64,000 nucleotides of DNA from a virus (Duplodnaviria; Caudoviricetes), in the IMG/VR virus record IMGVR_UViG_3300033120_000868, positions 79,494-143,493 of that record; one strand, given 5' to 3'. The notes under the pieces were generated by a model. It was not told the origin of the DNA and searched no databases. It was given only the letters and a program-made list of their open reading frames with translations. The position numbers and the translations under genes were made by a program. Each line of letters begins with the position of its first letter. The first letter of the stretch is position 1. Below, in pieces: positions 29,636-40,141 of this stretch.

Positions 29636-32047
29636 TTAGTGGCAATCATACCATGTTCTACCTAACATATATTCAAAACCCATCGGTACATTAATTTTTA
29701 AGTTGCTCTCTAATAATCTCATGCTTTCAGTTGTCGCTTTTGATATTACATTTGGCAGACATATATAGTAACCTTTACTGCTATGCCCTATCGCACTTAG
29801 TTGTTCTCCTTGCCAATTATTTACAAAATCTTCCGCTTTTTCTTTAGTCTCGAATACCTCAAATTTAAAAAGTTTTGGGTCTGCATATAAGTCCTCCTCG
29901 TCGTGGTATTCTATCATGCTACATACATCAGGTTTAGCTATGAAAGGGTCTATGTTTAGTTTATGTTCTTTTTCTAATCTTTCCATCAACATCACAGCTA
30001 TATATTTTGCATAGATTACGGCAGCAGATTGGAACAAGGCATTCAAAATACTGTGAGGAGAACGAACATTCACTTTTCTTCCATCTATTGCAGGTACAAA
30101 CTTCTTATCTGTGGATTCCCAATATTTCAAGGCTTTATCTTTAAATTCTCTTAAAGCTACAGCAGTGTTCCAAAACCCATCTACAATTCTTTTAGACTCT
30201 TCGTCACTTTTTCCTGTCATTTTTTGAATTTTCTTCCAAGACGCACCGTAAATAATCCCATAGTTGATACTTTTTGCTTCCGAGCGAGGTACACCCATAA
30301 CCTCTGCCATTTTAGTGTGTAAATCGTTTGGTTTTTCTGCTACAAAAGTTTTACCTAACTCTTCTCCGTCCGTATAGTTAAATACATAGTGTGCCATAAT
30401 TCTTGCCTCAATACTAGCATAATCGAATCCATAAAAAACAGCATTTTCTCCACACCCAAAAAGGCTTCTAAGTTCTTTACCATACACAGATGTTGGTCTT
30501 GCTATGTTGCAGACTCCAATATGTCTATATCTCGACGTGTTTGCCCCAATTTCAATAGCAGGAGTAGGTACTCTTCCATCTTCTTCTCTATACATTGAAA
30601 GAAATCCTGAATTTGGAATTTCTTCATCAAAATCCATGTCTTCGATTTCACCACCCGCAATAGAGGATTTTCTATGTTTATAAGTTAAATACAATGCAAA
30701 GTCATTAGCAAAAGAAACCTGCTCCCCTAACTTTACTAGGTTTGGACAAAGTTCTTTCTCAACACCAACACGTACTTTTGGACTTGTAGGAAGTCTTACA
30801 GGAAAATCTTCGTGTAATCTTTTTAGTACTTTTTCTTTAAAAGCTTCTACAGATTTAACTTTAAAATTTTCAAACCCTATCTGTAATCTCAGTTTTTTAT
30901 ATTTGCCTTCTTCGGTTTCTTTTAACCACCTTTCAAAAGCTATGACTCTTTTTTTGTATGAGAGACTTTGTTTTTTACTATCTTTTGTGAAATCTCTTTC
31001 CGCCCATTCTTGTGGAATCCAACCATATACATCTGTTAATGTCATCTTAACATGGTCAAGATTTGCAATATCAGCTTCTACGTGAGTTTTTAATGGTAAG
31101 TTGAACGGAAGTTCATAATGATTACCTTCAAATTCTATAAAGTATTTTTCTTCTTCATTTTCTACTATTTTTCCGCCGATTCTTTCAGCAAACTTAATAA
31201 TATGCGTAGAAGGTTTCCCACTTTTTAAAAATTGTGTGGTTGGCGGTGTGAAATTACTTAACTCCGTTTTAGTCATCGGCTTAGGAGGTAGAATAGGATT
31301 TACTTTATTTCTAAGTTCGTCCATTTTCTGAGTTAAATCCTCAACACATTTAATAGCTAAATCTTTATCAAACCAAAACCCTAATGATTCTCTTCTAATT
31401 GCAAGGTCAGCTAATTTATGCTCCATTTTTATAGCCTTATCCCAACCATTATATTCTGATTTTTCTCTCATTAAAGCAAAGAACGTTCTCTTACCAACTT
31501 CTGTGTCCAAAATACAGTATTCTGTCATTAGTGGTGTGTAGTTTTTAAACTCAAAACCTTTAGGGGAATCTTTTGGAATAATACCTCTCTTAATAAGTTC
31601 ACCTCTGAAATCCATTTTTGCGCATCCCGTTCTTTGACCCCACTCAGATAAAGAATGCCCCCCGAAACGGTCAGGATTAAATAAACGAGATAAAATAAGA
31701 GTATCAATTATTTTAACTTCTTCACCAAATAAAGTATCAGGTTCATCTAAATAACCTACAGAGTAATCTAAAACACCAAATAATTTAAGCGTTATTAAAT
31801 CGAACTTCACTCCGTTATGCTGTACAAGGTATTTACAGCCATTTAGAGACTCTTTCATCCACTCTTTAGTAATCTTATCTCCCTCAGCTACAAATAACTC
31901 GTCTGTGTAAGCGTCACGTATTACTATGACATGTAACTTAGCTTCAGGTTTTAACTTATATGGGAAAGACGAGTGGTCTAACATTTCTTCAAGTAATGAT
32001 GAAGTTTCAATGTCAATAACTTTTACTAAACCTTTATTATCTTCCAT
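29636..32047 (-). CDS. polA: DNA polymerase, family A, with 3'-5' exonuclease
   Basis: ExoI DIET, ExoII HNGVKFD, ExoIII YCILD; motif A DYASIEAR, motif B RSEAKSINYGIIYG, motif C YHDE; probable start MEDNK (track start 32152). Confidence 0.93.
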   Translation of the reverse strand: MEDNKGLVKVIDIETSSLLEEMLDHSSFPYKLKPEAKLHVIVIRDAYTDELFVAEGDKITKEWMKESLNGCKYLVQHNGVKFDLITLKLFGVLDYSVGYLDEPDTLFGEEVKIIDTLILSRLFNPDRFGGHSLSEWGQRTGCAKMDFRGELIKRGIIPKDSPKGFEFKNYTPLMTEYCILDTEVGKRTFFALMREKSEYNGWDKAIKMEHKLADLAIRRESLGFWFDKDLAIKCVEDLTQKMDELRNKVNPILPPKPMTKTELSNFTPPTTQFLKSGKPSTHIIKFAERIGGKIVENEEEKYFIEFEGNHYELPFNLPLKTHVEADIANLDHVKMTLTDVYGWIPQEWAERDFTKDSKKQSLSYKKRVIAFERWLKETEEGKYKKLRLQIGFENFKVKSVEAFKEKVLKRLHEDFPVRLPTSPKVRVGVEKELCPNLVKLGEQVSFANDFALYLTYKHRKSSIAGGEIEDMDFDEEIPNSGFLSMYREEDGRVPTPAIEIGANTSRYRHIGVCNIARPTSVYGKELRSLFGCGENAVFYGFDYASIEARIMAHYVFNYTDGEELGKTFVAEKPNDLHTKMAEVMGVPRSEAKSINYGIIYGASWKKIQKMTGKSDEESKRIVDGFWNTAVALREFKDKALKYWESTDKKFVPAIDGRKVNVRSPHSILNALFQSAAVIYAKYIAVMLMERLEKEHKLNIDPFIAKPDVCSMIEYHDEEDLYADPKLFKFEVFETKEKAEDFVNNWQGEQLSAIGHSSKGYYICLPNVISKATTESMRLLESNLKINVPMGFEYMLGRTWYDCH

Positions 32048-32281
32048 ACTCTCTTTATTTTTTTTTTTTACAAATATATGGCTTTTATCATATAAATCCA
32101 AATATATGCTGTTTTTTATTTCTTTTCCGCAAAATTTTAAATTAACCCCCACTTTTTTAATAAACTGAAGTGGAGGTAATCAATTATTATGTCTTCATCT
32201 TCTTCTCCATAAAGAACATATAATTTAGCCTCTATAACATCTCTAAAAGATATTCCTTGTGGTCTTTTGTAAAATATACCT

Positions 32282-32503
32282 TTATTCATTAATATATTCA
32301 ACATAATTAGGGTTAAAAATTTTAACGTAGTTGCCATTTTCAAAATGCACAGTGTAGTTAGGTAGAGCTTCAAAGAATAACTCTTCTATTTCTATTACTC
32401 CTCCAACACCTATTTCGTATTTATCATAGTTTTCTCCTGCTCCGTCTCTATCTTGTACAGAACCTACTTGTCTCCAATTAAAATGTATTTGTTTTATTTT
32501 CAT
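32282..32503 (-). CDS. hypothetical protein
   Basis: operon packing. Confidence 0.65.
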   Translation of the reverse strand: MKIKQIHFNWRQVGSVQDRDGAGENYDKYEIGVGGVIEIEELFFEALPNYTVHFENGNYVKIFNPNYVEYINE

Positions 32504-32509
32504 CTGTTT

Positions 32510-32692
32510 TTATTTCTTTTCCGCCGAAAATTTATCCTCAAATTCAGACTCAAAACGGCAAAATTTTAAATTACTATTCAACTCTTTGTAAATCACTGCG
32601 TTCTGCCACTCTCCAAAATGGTCTTGTAACAAACACATATCTACTATTACGTAATCACCTTCTTTTTTCTTATAATGTTTATATATTGTCAT
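32510..32692 (-). CDS. DUF1653-like small protein
   Basis: YKHYK..Y.I....AVIYK....FCR...F..KF. Confidence 0.65.
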   Translation of the reverse strand: MTIYKHYKKKEGDYVIVDMCLLQDHFGEWQNAVIYKELNSNLKFCRFESEFEDKFSAEKK

Positions 32693-32916
32693 TATCTTGC
32701 GTATTTTAAATCATATAAAAACTCAGCGTATTCTTCACTCACTATATGATACTCATTTGCTACCGTGTGTAATTCATCAAAAGTATTTCCATACCTTAGT
32801 ATGAATCCATACTTACTGTCTTCTACGTAACCTACGTAAATTTCACTACCACTTGCCATATAATCCCCTACTTTTATAGGAATTAATTCACTATCTACAT
32901 ATCCTGTATAAATCAT
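32692..32916 (-). CDS. hypothetical (YopX-like C-terminal fragment)
   Basis: YTGYVD....I..GD. Confidence 0.5.
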   Translation of the reverse strand: MIYTGYVDSELIPIKVGDYMASGSEIYVGYVEDSKYGFILRYGNTFDELHTVANEYHIVSEEYAEFLYDLKYAR

Positions 32917-33085
32917 TTTTATTCTTTTTTCGGCGAAATTGGAGGAGCTATGATTGTATGAGCTTTACTTTTATCTAAGTAGTTTAAAGTTTCCACCCAC
33001 TCATCTAATTCTTCTGATTGTAGTTTTGATACACAGAATAGTTCTCTTAGTCTTTCTACATCTCCTTCTGTTATAATGTATGTTT

Positions 33086-33298
33086 TCATTTTTCTTCTGT
33101 TTTGTTTTTTACGCCCGCCAAAAAATCTATGAATACAAGTAAAGGTACTAATAACAGAAGTATATTAGGTATTATAAGAGCACTAAGCATTAAACAATTT
33201 AAAGCATTTGCATCCTGACTTGTCGTAAGTCTTCTCCACAAAACAGCCCCAACTATCGTTTGTACAACCCACAAACTAATCCATATCCATGTTTCCAT
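33086..33298 (-). CDS. small membrane protein
   Basis: two hydrophobic segments. Confidence 0.65.
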   Translation of the reverse strand: METWIWISLWVVQTIVGAVLWRRLTTSQDANALNCLMLSALIIPNILLLLVPLLVFIDFLAGVKNKTEEK

Positions 33299-33300
33299 AA

Positions 33301-33726
33301 TTAAACTGATTTATTATTATCAATTAAACAAACTTTTAAAAACTCTGCAACTTTAGAAAAGCTTTCAAAACTTGATTCTCCAATACCTTTCCATTCCCCA
33401 GGATTTATAAAGTCTTCATGTTTAAAACTAACTAATGTTTTAATAGACAGTTCTTTACCATATTCTTTTAAAGTTAGATTATAATCACCACTAAAAAACT
33501 GAAAAACTAAACCTACTACTTCATACTTAGAAACTTCAACTACATAAATAAATCCTGCTCCTTTCATATTATGAAAAGTTTTATGTAATAGTCTTTCTCT
33601 TTGATTTTTTAAATAAGTATCTTCATTATATTTTTTAAGCGGTTTTTCTAATTCCTCCATTTTTCTTTTAAGGTCTAAAATATCCCACCTAACTTGGTCT
33701 GCTTCTTGCTGTGTTTTAATTTCCAT
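33301..33726 (-). CDS. hypothetical protein
   Basis: operon packing. Confidence 0.7.
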   Translation of the reverse strand: MEIKTQQEADQVRWDILDLKRKMEELEKPLKKYNEDTYLKNQRERLLHKTFHNMKGAGFIYVVEVSKYEVVGLVFQFFSGDYNLTLKEYGKELSIKTLVSFKHEDFINPGEWKGIGESSFESFSKVAEFLKVCLIDNNKSV

Positions 33727-33729
33727 AAT

Positions 33730-34155
33730 CTATTCAGGTTTTGTATTATAAATTGAATCAATATAGTCTTTTTTACTTTCTCTTTCGGCGACAAAATTAA
33801 TGAAAAATTCTTTATCTTGCAACCATTTACCTGATAAATTTGGAAAAAATTCCCAAAACATACCTGATTCTATAAGTTTGTAATGTTCATCCAAAGCTAA
33901 TTCTTGAAAATATTTCTTAATTAAGTTCTTTTTAACTGTTTTACTAAATGCGTATAAAGCGTTTTCAAAACCAAAAATAAAATCATCAGAATCGCTGTAC
34001 ATATATCTCATTTGGTCGTTAGCCATTTGCCTTCCATACATAGAAACATAATCTTTTTCAATAAACATGTATTTTAGTTTAGTAGGAACTAACTCGTACT
34101 TTTTAAACATAGGTTGTACGTAATCTTCTTGCCAAATTTCTTTATCTGTTCTCAT
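33730..34155 (-). CDS. hypothetical protein
   Basis: operon packing. Confidence 0.7.
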   Translation of the reverse strand: MRTDKEIWQEDYVQPMFKKYELVPTKLKYMFIEKDYVSMYGRQMANDQMRYMYSDSDDFIFGFENALYAFSKTVKKNLIKKYFQELALDEHYKLIESGMFWEFFPNLSGKWLQDKEFFINFVAERESKKDYIDSIYNTKPE

Positions 34156-34759
34156 TCTCTAAATATTCAATTAATGTTGTACCAAAACAGCCTAACTTCT
34201 TTACTATTTCTTTTATATCGTTTACACTGTATTTCTTTTTATTTTCTTTTAAATATTTTTCCGCCAATTCCTCAGTAGAAAAGAAGACAGCATCTGATGA
34301 CCAAGCAGTGTCTTCATCTAAAGGTCTAACAATCGCTTTATAAATCTTATTCACTTCTTGTCCATGTGCAGGCTTATTCAACCAAATAAAATAGTAAACA
34401 TCTTGGTCAAATAATTCTACTTTATCATAAGTAACTAAAACAGGTTCTTTATTAAAATCCTCAATAAAATCTAATGCTTTTTGTTTTGATGCAAACCTTT
34501 TAGTTTCACTATTATATACAATAGCAGATACTGCTATAATAGAAATGAATCCATCATATTTTTTATCTTTTCTTTGAGGAACATAATAAACGCCTCCTTC
34601 AAACATTTCTACACCATCTTCTGTTATAAATAAAACTTCATTCCAAAACTCACTTGAAGGTTCTACTCCAATTTCTACTGCAAAATTATTTTGTTTAAAG
34701 ACTCCATCTTTGTAATAAGCTATTTGCCCTGTCTTTTTATGTTTATATACTTTTTCCAT
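34142..34759 (-). CDS. hypothetical protein with internal duplicated domain
   Basis: LFITEDGVEMFEGGVYY vs LVTYDKVELFDQDVYY; FASKQKALDFI vs FSTEELAEKYL. Confidence 0.75.
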   Translation of the reverse strand: MEKVYKHKKTGQIAYYKDGVFKQNNFAVEIGVEPSSEFWNEVLFITEDGVEMFEGGVYYVPQRKDKKYDGFISIIAVSAIVYNSETKRFASKQKALDFIEDFNKEPVLVTYDKVELFDQDVYYFIWLNKPAHGQEVNKIYKAIVRPLDEDTAWSSDAVFFSTEELAEKYLKENKKKYSVNDIKEIVKKLGCFGTTLIEYLENENR

Positions 34760-35145
34760 TATAAATTTTCTATTTGATACTTTAAGTTTTCAATTTCTTC
34801 TTTTAAATCTTCTATCTGTTTATCTTTCTCTCTCGCCTCGTCTTCCCAAAATTCAGAAAGTCTTTTATATTCGTCACGCTCTTCCACAATTTCTTCGACA
34901 ACTTTTTCAACTTCATCTCTCATAGTGGAGTTACAATCTCTGACATTTTCAAAATAAGTTTCCGCCGAAGAGTAAATAGAGTCTTCCAAATCTTTCAAGA
35001 AGTGTGTAGAATCAACTGAAGAATAAAATAAAGGATTTAATTCTTTTACAGCACCATCTAATATATTTGACAACTCTGATTGAAAATATCTAATATTCTT
35101 ATCTATCTCAGGACAGGTAAAAGAATAACTGAAATGTTTTCCCAT
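34759..35145 (-). CDS. coiled-coil hypothetical protein
   Basis: TCPEID motif, C-terminal coiled coil. Confidence 0.7.
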   Translation of the reverse strand: MGKHFSYSFTCPEIDKNIRYFQSELSNILDGAVKELNPLFYSSVDSTHFLKDLEDSIYSSAETYFENVRDCNSTMRDEVEKVVEEIVEERDEYKRLSEFWEDEAREKDKQIEDLKEEIENLKYQIENL

Positions 35146-35188
35146 ATTAAAATATAAATTTTATTTGTTTTTTATATTATAGTGTATA

Positions 35189-35392
35189 TTATCTTGTTTT
35201 TTCAATTGAACCTACGCCCATTAAAACTACCCCCACTATTGCAATATAAAAATTTTTAATAGCTTCTTCTTGTTCTACTTCTGTTAACTGCTTACCTAAA
35301 CTCGGCAATAAAATAAAAACAGAATATATTAAAACACTAATACCTATTAAAAATATTAATGTTGTTATAAAGTTAAAATTATTTTTCTTCAT
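35189..35392 (-). CDS. small two-TM membrane protein
   Basis: two hydrophobic helices. Confidence 0.6.
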   Translation of the reverse strand: MKKNNFNFITTLIFLIGISVLIYSVFILLPSLGKQLTEVEQEEAIKNFYIAIVGVVLMGVGSIEKTR

Positions 35393-35612
35393 TTACAATA
35401 CTCCATTTAATTAATTCTTGACCCAACCCATCAAGGTCAGTATAACTTACAGTCTTAACTTCAAAACTAACTTCTCTACCTTCCACTAATTCTACATTAG
35501 ATTCTGTTAGAGATAGTGGGTAGTATTCTAATTCTATTTCGTCTAATTCTTTTCCCGCCGAAATCGCTCTTACATAAAAAACATTATTCTTTTTTACAAT
35601 CTTACCTTTCAT
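35379..35612 (-). CDS. hypothetical protein
   Basis: operon packing. Confidence 0.6.
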   Translation of the reverse strand: MKGKIVKKNNVFYVRAISAGKELDEIELEYYPLSLTESNVELVEGREVSFEVKTVSYTDLDGLGQELIKWSIVNEEK

Positions 35613-35616
35613 AATT

Positions 35617-36054
35617 CTAATAAATTTTACTTAAATAAACATAACTTCTATGATATTTTTCCATTCTATCAAAGTCTTTTTTACTCAGTCCTTTTAAACG
35701 ACTTATATCAGAATTATCTTTTAAATCTGCCAATTTTACTTTTGTAGCATCTGCATTAAAAGAGATTGCTTTAATATAATCATCATAAGGAGTTTCTTTT
35801 CTATGAGTTAATAAATCAAGTGCTTTTATAACTCTCTCAGAAAAACCTAAAAGACGCAATTCTCTCAAAACAACTTCAGCTCCTCTTGGGTCATCTTCAG
35901 GTACGTCATGTAAAATTGCTATACATTTTAACTCTTCATCATTTGTATGAAGATTATTCATAACTCTTAAACAATGAAGAATATAAGGTTGACCTCCTCT
36001 ATCTGTTATAGGTTCAAACACTGTACTTGCTATTTTTATTGCTTTTCCTAACAT
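35617..36054 (-). CDS. HD-domain (RelA/SpoT-type) small alarmone hydrolase-like protein
   Basis: G.PYILH..RV, AILHDVPED, LLTH, VKLADLKDN. Confidence 0.85.
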   Translation of the reverse strand: MLGKAIKIASTVFEPITDRGGQPYILHCLRVMNNLHTNDEELKCIAILHDVPEDDPRGAEVVLRELRLLGFSERVIKALDLLTHRKETPYDDYIKAISFNADATKVKLADLKDNSDISRLKGLSKKDFDRMEKYHRSYVYLSKIY

Positions 36055-36057
36055 AAT

Positions 36058-36540
36058 TTATAATTCTAATAAATTTTTAAACATTTTAATTAATTCTTGC
36101 TTACATTCTAAATTCCACTCAAAAACAAGATTTGTTATTTTAGAAGTTGAGTTAGAAGTTATTTCTCTTTCAATAAGTTGTTCTGTTAATCTTTCAACTT
36201 GATATGTAATATAGTCAAAACAAAGTCTATCAAAAACCTCTTTTGTAAACTCAATACTTTTAGTTGTATCAAATAAACTTTTATTATGAAAATCTAATTG
36301 TTCAAAAGGTTCTACCAAAGCATAATTCCAACCCTCTTTACTGAAATAAACATCTTTCCCAATGTTATGCATCCATTTATGTAAATAATCAGCTCTTGCT
36401 TTTAAATCTTTTGCTAAACTATTATTCTTATAAACTTCTTCAAGATTTCTATACTCATTCCATTTAATTGAATCTTCTCCACTTCTTTCGTGAAAGTGTA
36501 TATAACTTTCTAATGTTTCTTGAATTTTATTGTATTCCAT
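36058..36540 (-). CDS. hypothetical protein
   Basis: probable start MEYNK. Confidence 0.65.
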   Translation of the reverse strand: MEYNKIQETLESYIHFHERSGEDSIKWNEYRNLEEVYKNNSLAKDLKARADYLHKWMHNIGKDVYFSKEGWNYALVEPFEQLDFHNKSLFDTTKSIEFTKEVFDRLCFDYITYQVERLTEQLIEREITSNSTSKITNLVFEWNLECKQELIKMFKNLLEL

Positions 36541-36541
36541 A

Positions 36542-36913
36542 TTATTTAATTTTAAAAATTCTACTTTCTTTTTGTTCATACATTTTAGTTATTTCATCTT
36601 GTCGTCCGTCATCAAAAAACGCCTTATAAACTAAATTTTCAACCTTCTTACGAAACTTTTCTTTTATAGATATAGGAGCTGTTTCAACGGGAATAAAAAC
36701 TAACTGTTCAATTTCATACTTATCAAATGACAGTTTTAGTTTAACAGACCTTGTATATTTTTCTAAAACTTCTATCTGTACTTCCTGATAAACAACAAAC
36801 CCTAATTTAACCCACATTACACCTTCTTTATAAGGTTTTGGTAATTGTACTTTTATATTATTACCTATGAAATTATCTAAGATAAAATCAATATACTTTT
36901 CTGTTATACTCAT
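36542..36913 (-). CDS. hypothetical protein
   Basis: ORF after TATATTTG box at 36933-36940. Confidence 0.65.
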   Translation of the reverse strand: MSITEKYIDFILDNFIGNNIKVQLPKPYKEGVMWVKLGFVVYQEVQIEVLEKYTRSVKLKLSFDKYEIEQLVFIPVETAPISIKEKFRKKVENLVYKAFFDDGRQDEITKMYEQKESRIFKIK

Positions 36914-37014
36914 ATCTATTAGTTTTACTTTGCAAATATATAACTTTTTTCGCGGATAAAAAAATAAAAAAGCCCCAAATTTTACTCCGAGGCTTTATTT
37001 ATATTCATTCTAAA

Positions 37015-38145
37015 TTAAAATGGAGAATCTTCTCCTTGTAAATCTTTAAAACTTGGTTCAAAAGCATTTAAATTTATTGGAGCTTCTTTCTCAAACACAG
37101 GTGTAGAGTTGAATATAGGTGTTGAGAATGTAGGAATATCTGTTTTTACTTCTACACTTTGCTTCATCTTTTCAAATTGCTCCGCTGTAAGTTCCATTTT
37201 CTTTATAAAAAGATTTTTATACGGGTGGTCAGATTCACGAGTTTTAAGTACAAATTTAAACATATTGCTTAAAGTGTTGAACGAAACTTTACCGTTCTTA
37301 TCCTCATCTTGCATTTCATCTTTTAACCACTCATATCGGTCGGGGTTAACCTTTAAATAGCTATTTACTCCAAGTCTAAAAGGGTCAACTAAAACAACAA
37401 TATAAGAACATAAAAATTCAAAATGTGAACTTCCATAAATCATAGCTGTTGTAGGTATCATAGAATTATCTCTGTCTTTAATGTTTACTAAGCTACCACG
37501 ATTCATCTGTGAAAGAAGTAAAAAATAAACATTCTTAAATTCTTTTCTTAATTGATTAATATAACTTGTTAAAGCTTCTAAAGGGTCTTGAAAAGCATCA
37601 TCTTTTTTAAGTAATAAGCAATGGTCAATACAAATAACTAAAGCAGAAGAGTCTTTATTTAATTCACAAAAAGTTTTAGTCATTTCATAAAACTCTTTAA
37701 CTGTTACAGACTCTTCACAAATATATCGCCTATCATCTTGTAAACTTTCATAGTATTTTTTTACTACTTCTTTTTCTTCTTCTGTAAACTCATTAGTTAA
37801 AATTTCACTCTTTTTCTTAGAAGTAAGTTTATTTGTGTCACGTAAAATCCTATTCAGGAACTTCATCTCCAACTGAAATTCTAATGTTTTTATATTTTTT
37901 GCATCAGGATTTACTTTTTCATCTAGTATTTGGTCAAGAGTGTCGTAAAGCATCTTGGTTTTACCTACACCTGAATTAGCAGCATACAAAACACAATCAG
38001 AAGGTAGTAAACCTGTGATATGACAGTCTATTGCCTCATCACCTGTGCGGAGTAATTGCTTATCTCCCTGCTGTAGCTTATTTAAGTATGTGAAAGCTTC
38101 TGTAGCTAATTGTCCTGCCCTTTTTATTCTACTGTCTAATTGCAT
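37015..38145 (-). CDS. Replicative helicase, DnaB/SF4-like
   Basis: Walker A AANSGVGKT, FQLEM, ICIDH, LLSQMNR, KTRE. Confidence 0.85.
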   Translation of the reverse strand: MQLDSRIKRAGQLATEAFTYLNKLQQGDKQLLRTGDEAIDCHITGLLPSDCVLYAANSGVGKTKMLYDTLDQILDEKVNPDAKNIKTLEFQLEMKFLNRILRDTNKLTSKKKSEILTNEFTEEEKEVVKKYYESLQDDRRYICEESVTVKEFYEMTKTFCELNKDSSALVICIDHCLLLKKDDAFQDPLEALTSYINQLRKEFKNVYFLLLSQMNRGSLVNIKDRDNSMIPTTAMIYGSSHFEFLCSYIVVLVDPFRLGVNSYLKVNPDRYEWLKDEMQDEDKNGKVSFNTLSNMFKFVLKTRESDHPYKNLFIKKMELTAEQFEKMKQSVEVKTDIPTFSTPIFNSTPVFEKEAPINLNAFEPSFKDLQGEDSPF

Positions 38146-38727
38146 TTATTGAAATTCTTGAAATTTGTTGTCGAAATAGTTTTGATTCTTTAAATAATAT
38201 TGGTACAAACGACTACTATGTAAGTCAAACTTTATATTGAATACAGATTCACCCTTAAAGAAAAGGTATTGTAAAACTTTAGACCACTCAAACTGAGATT
38301 CATCATTGATAAAGCTTTGTATTAAAAATGCTAATGCGTTACGTTGGATACCACTCTCTGCTGAAAATTGGGCAATAAACATCTTTGTCTTTTTTTGATT
38401 TCCTAAATCCTTTCCTGCGGAAATATAGATTTGCTTAATCCACTCAAAAATACGTAACGAATCTTCTGTTACTTCAGGAGTTTCTATGGCATCAAGCACT
38501 TCACGTCCTTTCTTACTTAATCTTAGACGTTTGTAGACACTTTCTTGTTTATTCTTAGCTTTGACTTCAGATAAAAAACCTTTATGGTGTAAAACATCTA
38601 AATCTCCATTATAACTTTCTAGTAATTCTGAAACATCTTCGTTTTTAGCTTGATGTAAAATTTGTAGAAGTGCCACTTGTTGTAAGTTTAAGTTGTGATG
38701 TTTTAGTATGTTTATATTTACGTACAT
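38146..38727 (-). CDS. putative replication/helicase-loader protein
   Basis: abuts helicase; wHTH-like N-terminus (RLSKKG); function inferred from position. Confidence 0.55.
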   Translation of the reverse strand: MYVNINILKHHNLNLQQVALLQILHQAKNEDVSELLESYNGDLDVLHHKGFLSEVKAKNKQESVYKRLRLSKKGREVLDAIETPEVTEDSLRIFEWIKQIYISAGKDLGNQKKTKMFIAQFSAESGIQRNALAFLIQSFINDESQFEWSKVLQYLFFKGESVFNIKFDLHSSRLYQYYLKNQNYFDNKFQEFQ

Positions 38728-38814
38728 AATTCAAATATTTTTATCATTAACCAAATTTCCACAAAAAGAATTAAAAGAAACAGGAGAAAATACCAATATA
38801 CTATTAGATTATTC

Positions 38815-39111
38815 TTAATGTGTTTCAAACTTATCTTTTAATTTATTGTAAATACTTTTAGCTTCTTCAAACCTTACTTTCTCTACCAATTCTCTTGTTT
38901 CTGTTTCTCTTTTTAGGCGATTTTCATATTCTTCATCTGTTTCTTCTTTTTCGGCATAAAATGAAACTGTATTGTATTCAATTTCGCAATATGTCGCTTC
39001 TGATTCTTCAAAAATTTTAAGAATACTTTCAATATTCTCTTTTTTAAATTGTCCTGTTGGTGAAGCTGTATATTCTTTGTATGATAACCAACGTGTTTTT
39101 ACTTGTTTCAT
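38815..39111 (-). CDS. hypothetical protein
   Basis: probable start MKQVK; EETDEEYENRL. Confidence 0.65.
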   Translation of the reverse strand: MKQVKTRWLSYKEYTASPTGQFKKENIESILKIFEESEATYCEIEYNTVSFYAEKEETDEEYENRLKRETETRELVEKVRFEEAKSIYNKLKDKFETH

Positions 39112-39112
39112 A

Positions 39113-39610
39113 TTATTTACCTGAACTTCCATAACCACCTTCACCTCTTTCTGTTTCTGATAATTCATTTACTTCTAAAAACTTAATTTCAGGATAAGGT
39201 AAAATTAAAATTTGTCCAATTCTATCTCCTATTTTATATTCTTCACCAATACAATTTTTAACTGTTAAAGTATTAATCAATCCTAAATCGCTTAATATTA
39301 ATTTTAATGTGCCAAAATAAGGAACTCTTACACTCTTTTTATATTTAAACATAACCTCTCCTCTGTAACCACTATCTAAAACACCAACAGAATTACTTAA
39401 TAATAAATCTTTTTTTGCATTACTTGAGCGTGGAAATAATAAGCCTACATAACCTTTAGGAATTTCAAAAGCTAATCCTGTACCATAAACTGTATTACCA
39501 TCTCCATCGTATTCTTTACTTATAGCTACTAAATCCATTCCCGCATCACCTTCTTTTGCATATTTAGGTATTACAGCGTCTTTTGATAATTTTTTAATTT
39601 TAATTTCCAT
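39113..39610 (-). CDS. dut: dUTP diphosphatase (trimeric dUTPase)
   Basis: AGMDL, PRSS, GVLDSGYRGE, RIGQ, RGEGGYGSSG. Confidence 0.95.
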   Translation of the reverse strand: MEIKIKKLSKDAVIPKYAKEGDAGMDLVAISKEYDGDGNTVYGTGLAFEIPKGYVGLLFPRSSNAKKDLLLSNSVGVLDSGYRGEVMFKYKKSVRVPYFGTLKLILSDLGLINTLTVKNCIGEEYKIGDRIGQILILPYPEIKFLEVNELSETERGEGGYGSSGK

Positions 39611-39990
39611 TACAAATATTCTTGTTTAGTTTCTAATACACCTTTTACAATATTAAGTTGAGAATAATGACCTTGATTACCTGCTTTCTCTCTTAAATTA
39701 TTATATTCTTTTATAGCTTTTGTTAGTTCTGTTTTTGTTTTCACTTTTTTAGCGGAATAATATAGTTCGTCAATTTCTTTGAAAATTCTGCTTGACCTCT
39801 CGCCTTGATAAAACATCATCCATGAAACAAAAAACATGATTGTAGATAGGAAACCTACAAGTTTTAAATAGGCTACTAAATCAAATTGAAGGTCTGAATA
39901 ATAAGAAAATAACATTCCAATAACAAAGCAATTGATTCCTGTGATAAAACCTAAAGTTAAAGGTTTTTGTTTATTTATCCATTTTATCAT
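39610..39990 (-). CDS. membrane protein
   Basis: two N-terminal TM segments. Confidence 0.65.
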   Translation of the reverse strand: MIKWINKQKPLTLGFITGINCFVIGMLFSYYSDLQFDLVAYLKLVGFLSTIMFFVSWMMFYQGERSSRIFKEIDELYYSAKKVKTKTELTKAIKEYNNLREKAGNQGHYSQLNIVKGVLETKQEYL

Positions 39991-40141
39991 AATATCTTTC
40001 TAAGTTTTTCACCCAACTCTAAGTCATTTGGTGTTTCTTTAATAACTTGTTTAATGTATTTTAACTTTTTTAATAAATATATATTTTCTGTTAAACTGAC
40101 TAAGTGAATACACTCTTCTAAAATACTATTTTTCATCTTTT

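Noticed and set aside
32047-32290. N-terminal extension of the polymerase to 32152 and overlapping ORF 32137-32373
   Set aside because: Region contains long homopolymers (T run at about 32058-32069); probably one small gene with an indel or sequencing error, and programmed frameshifting cannot be supported
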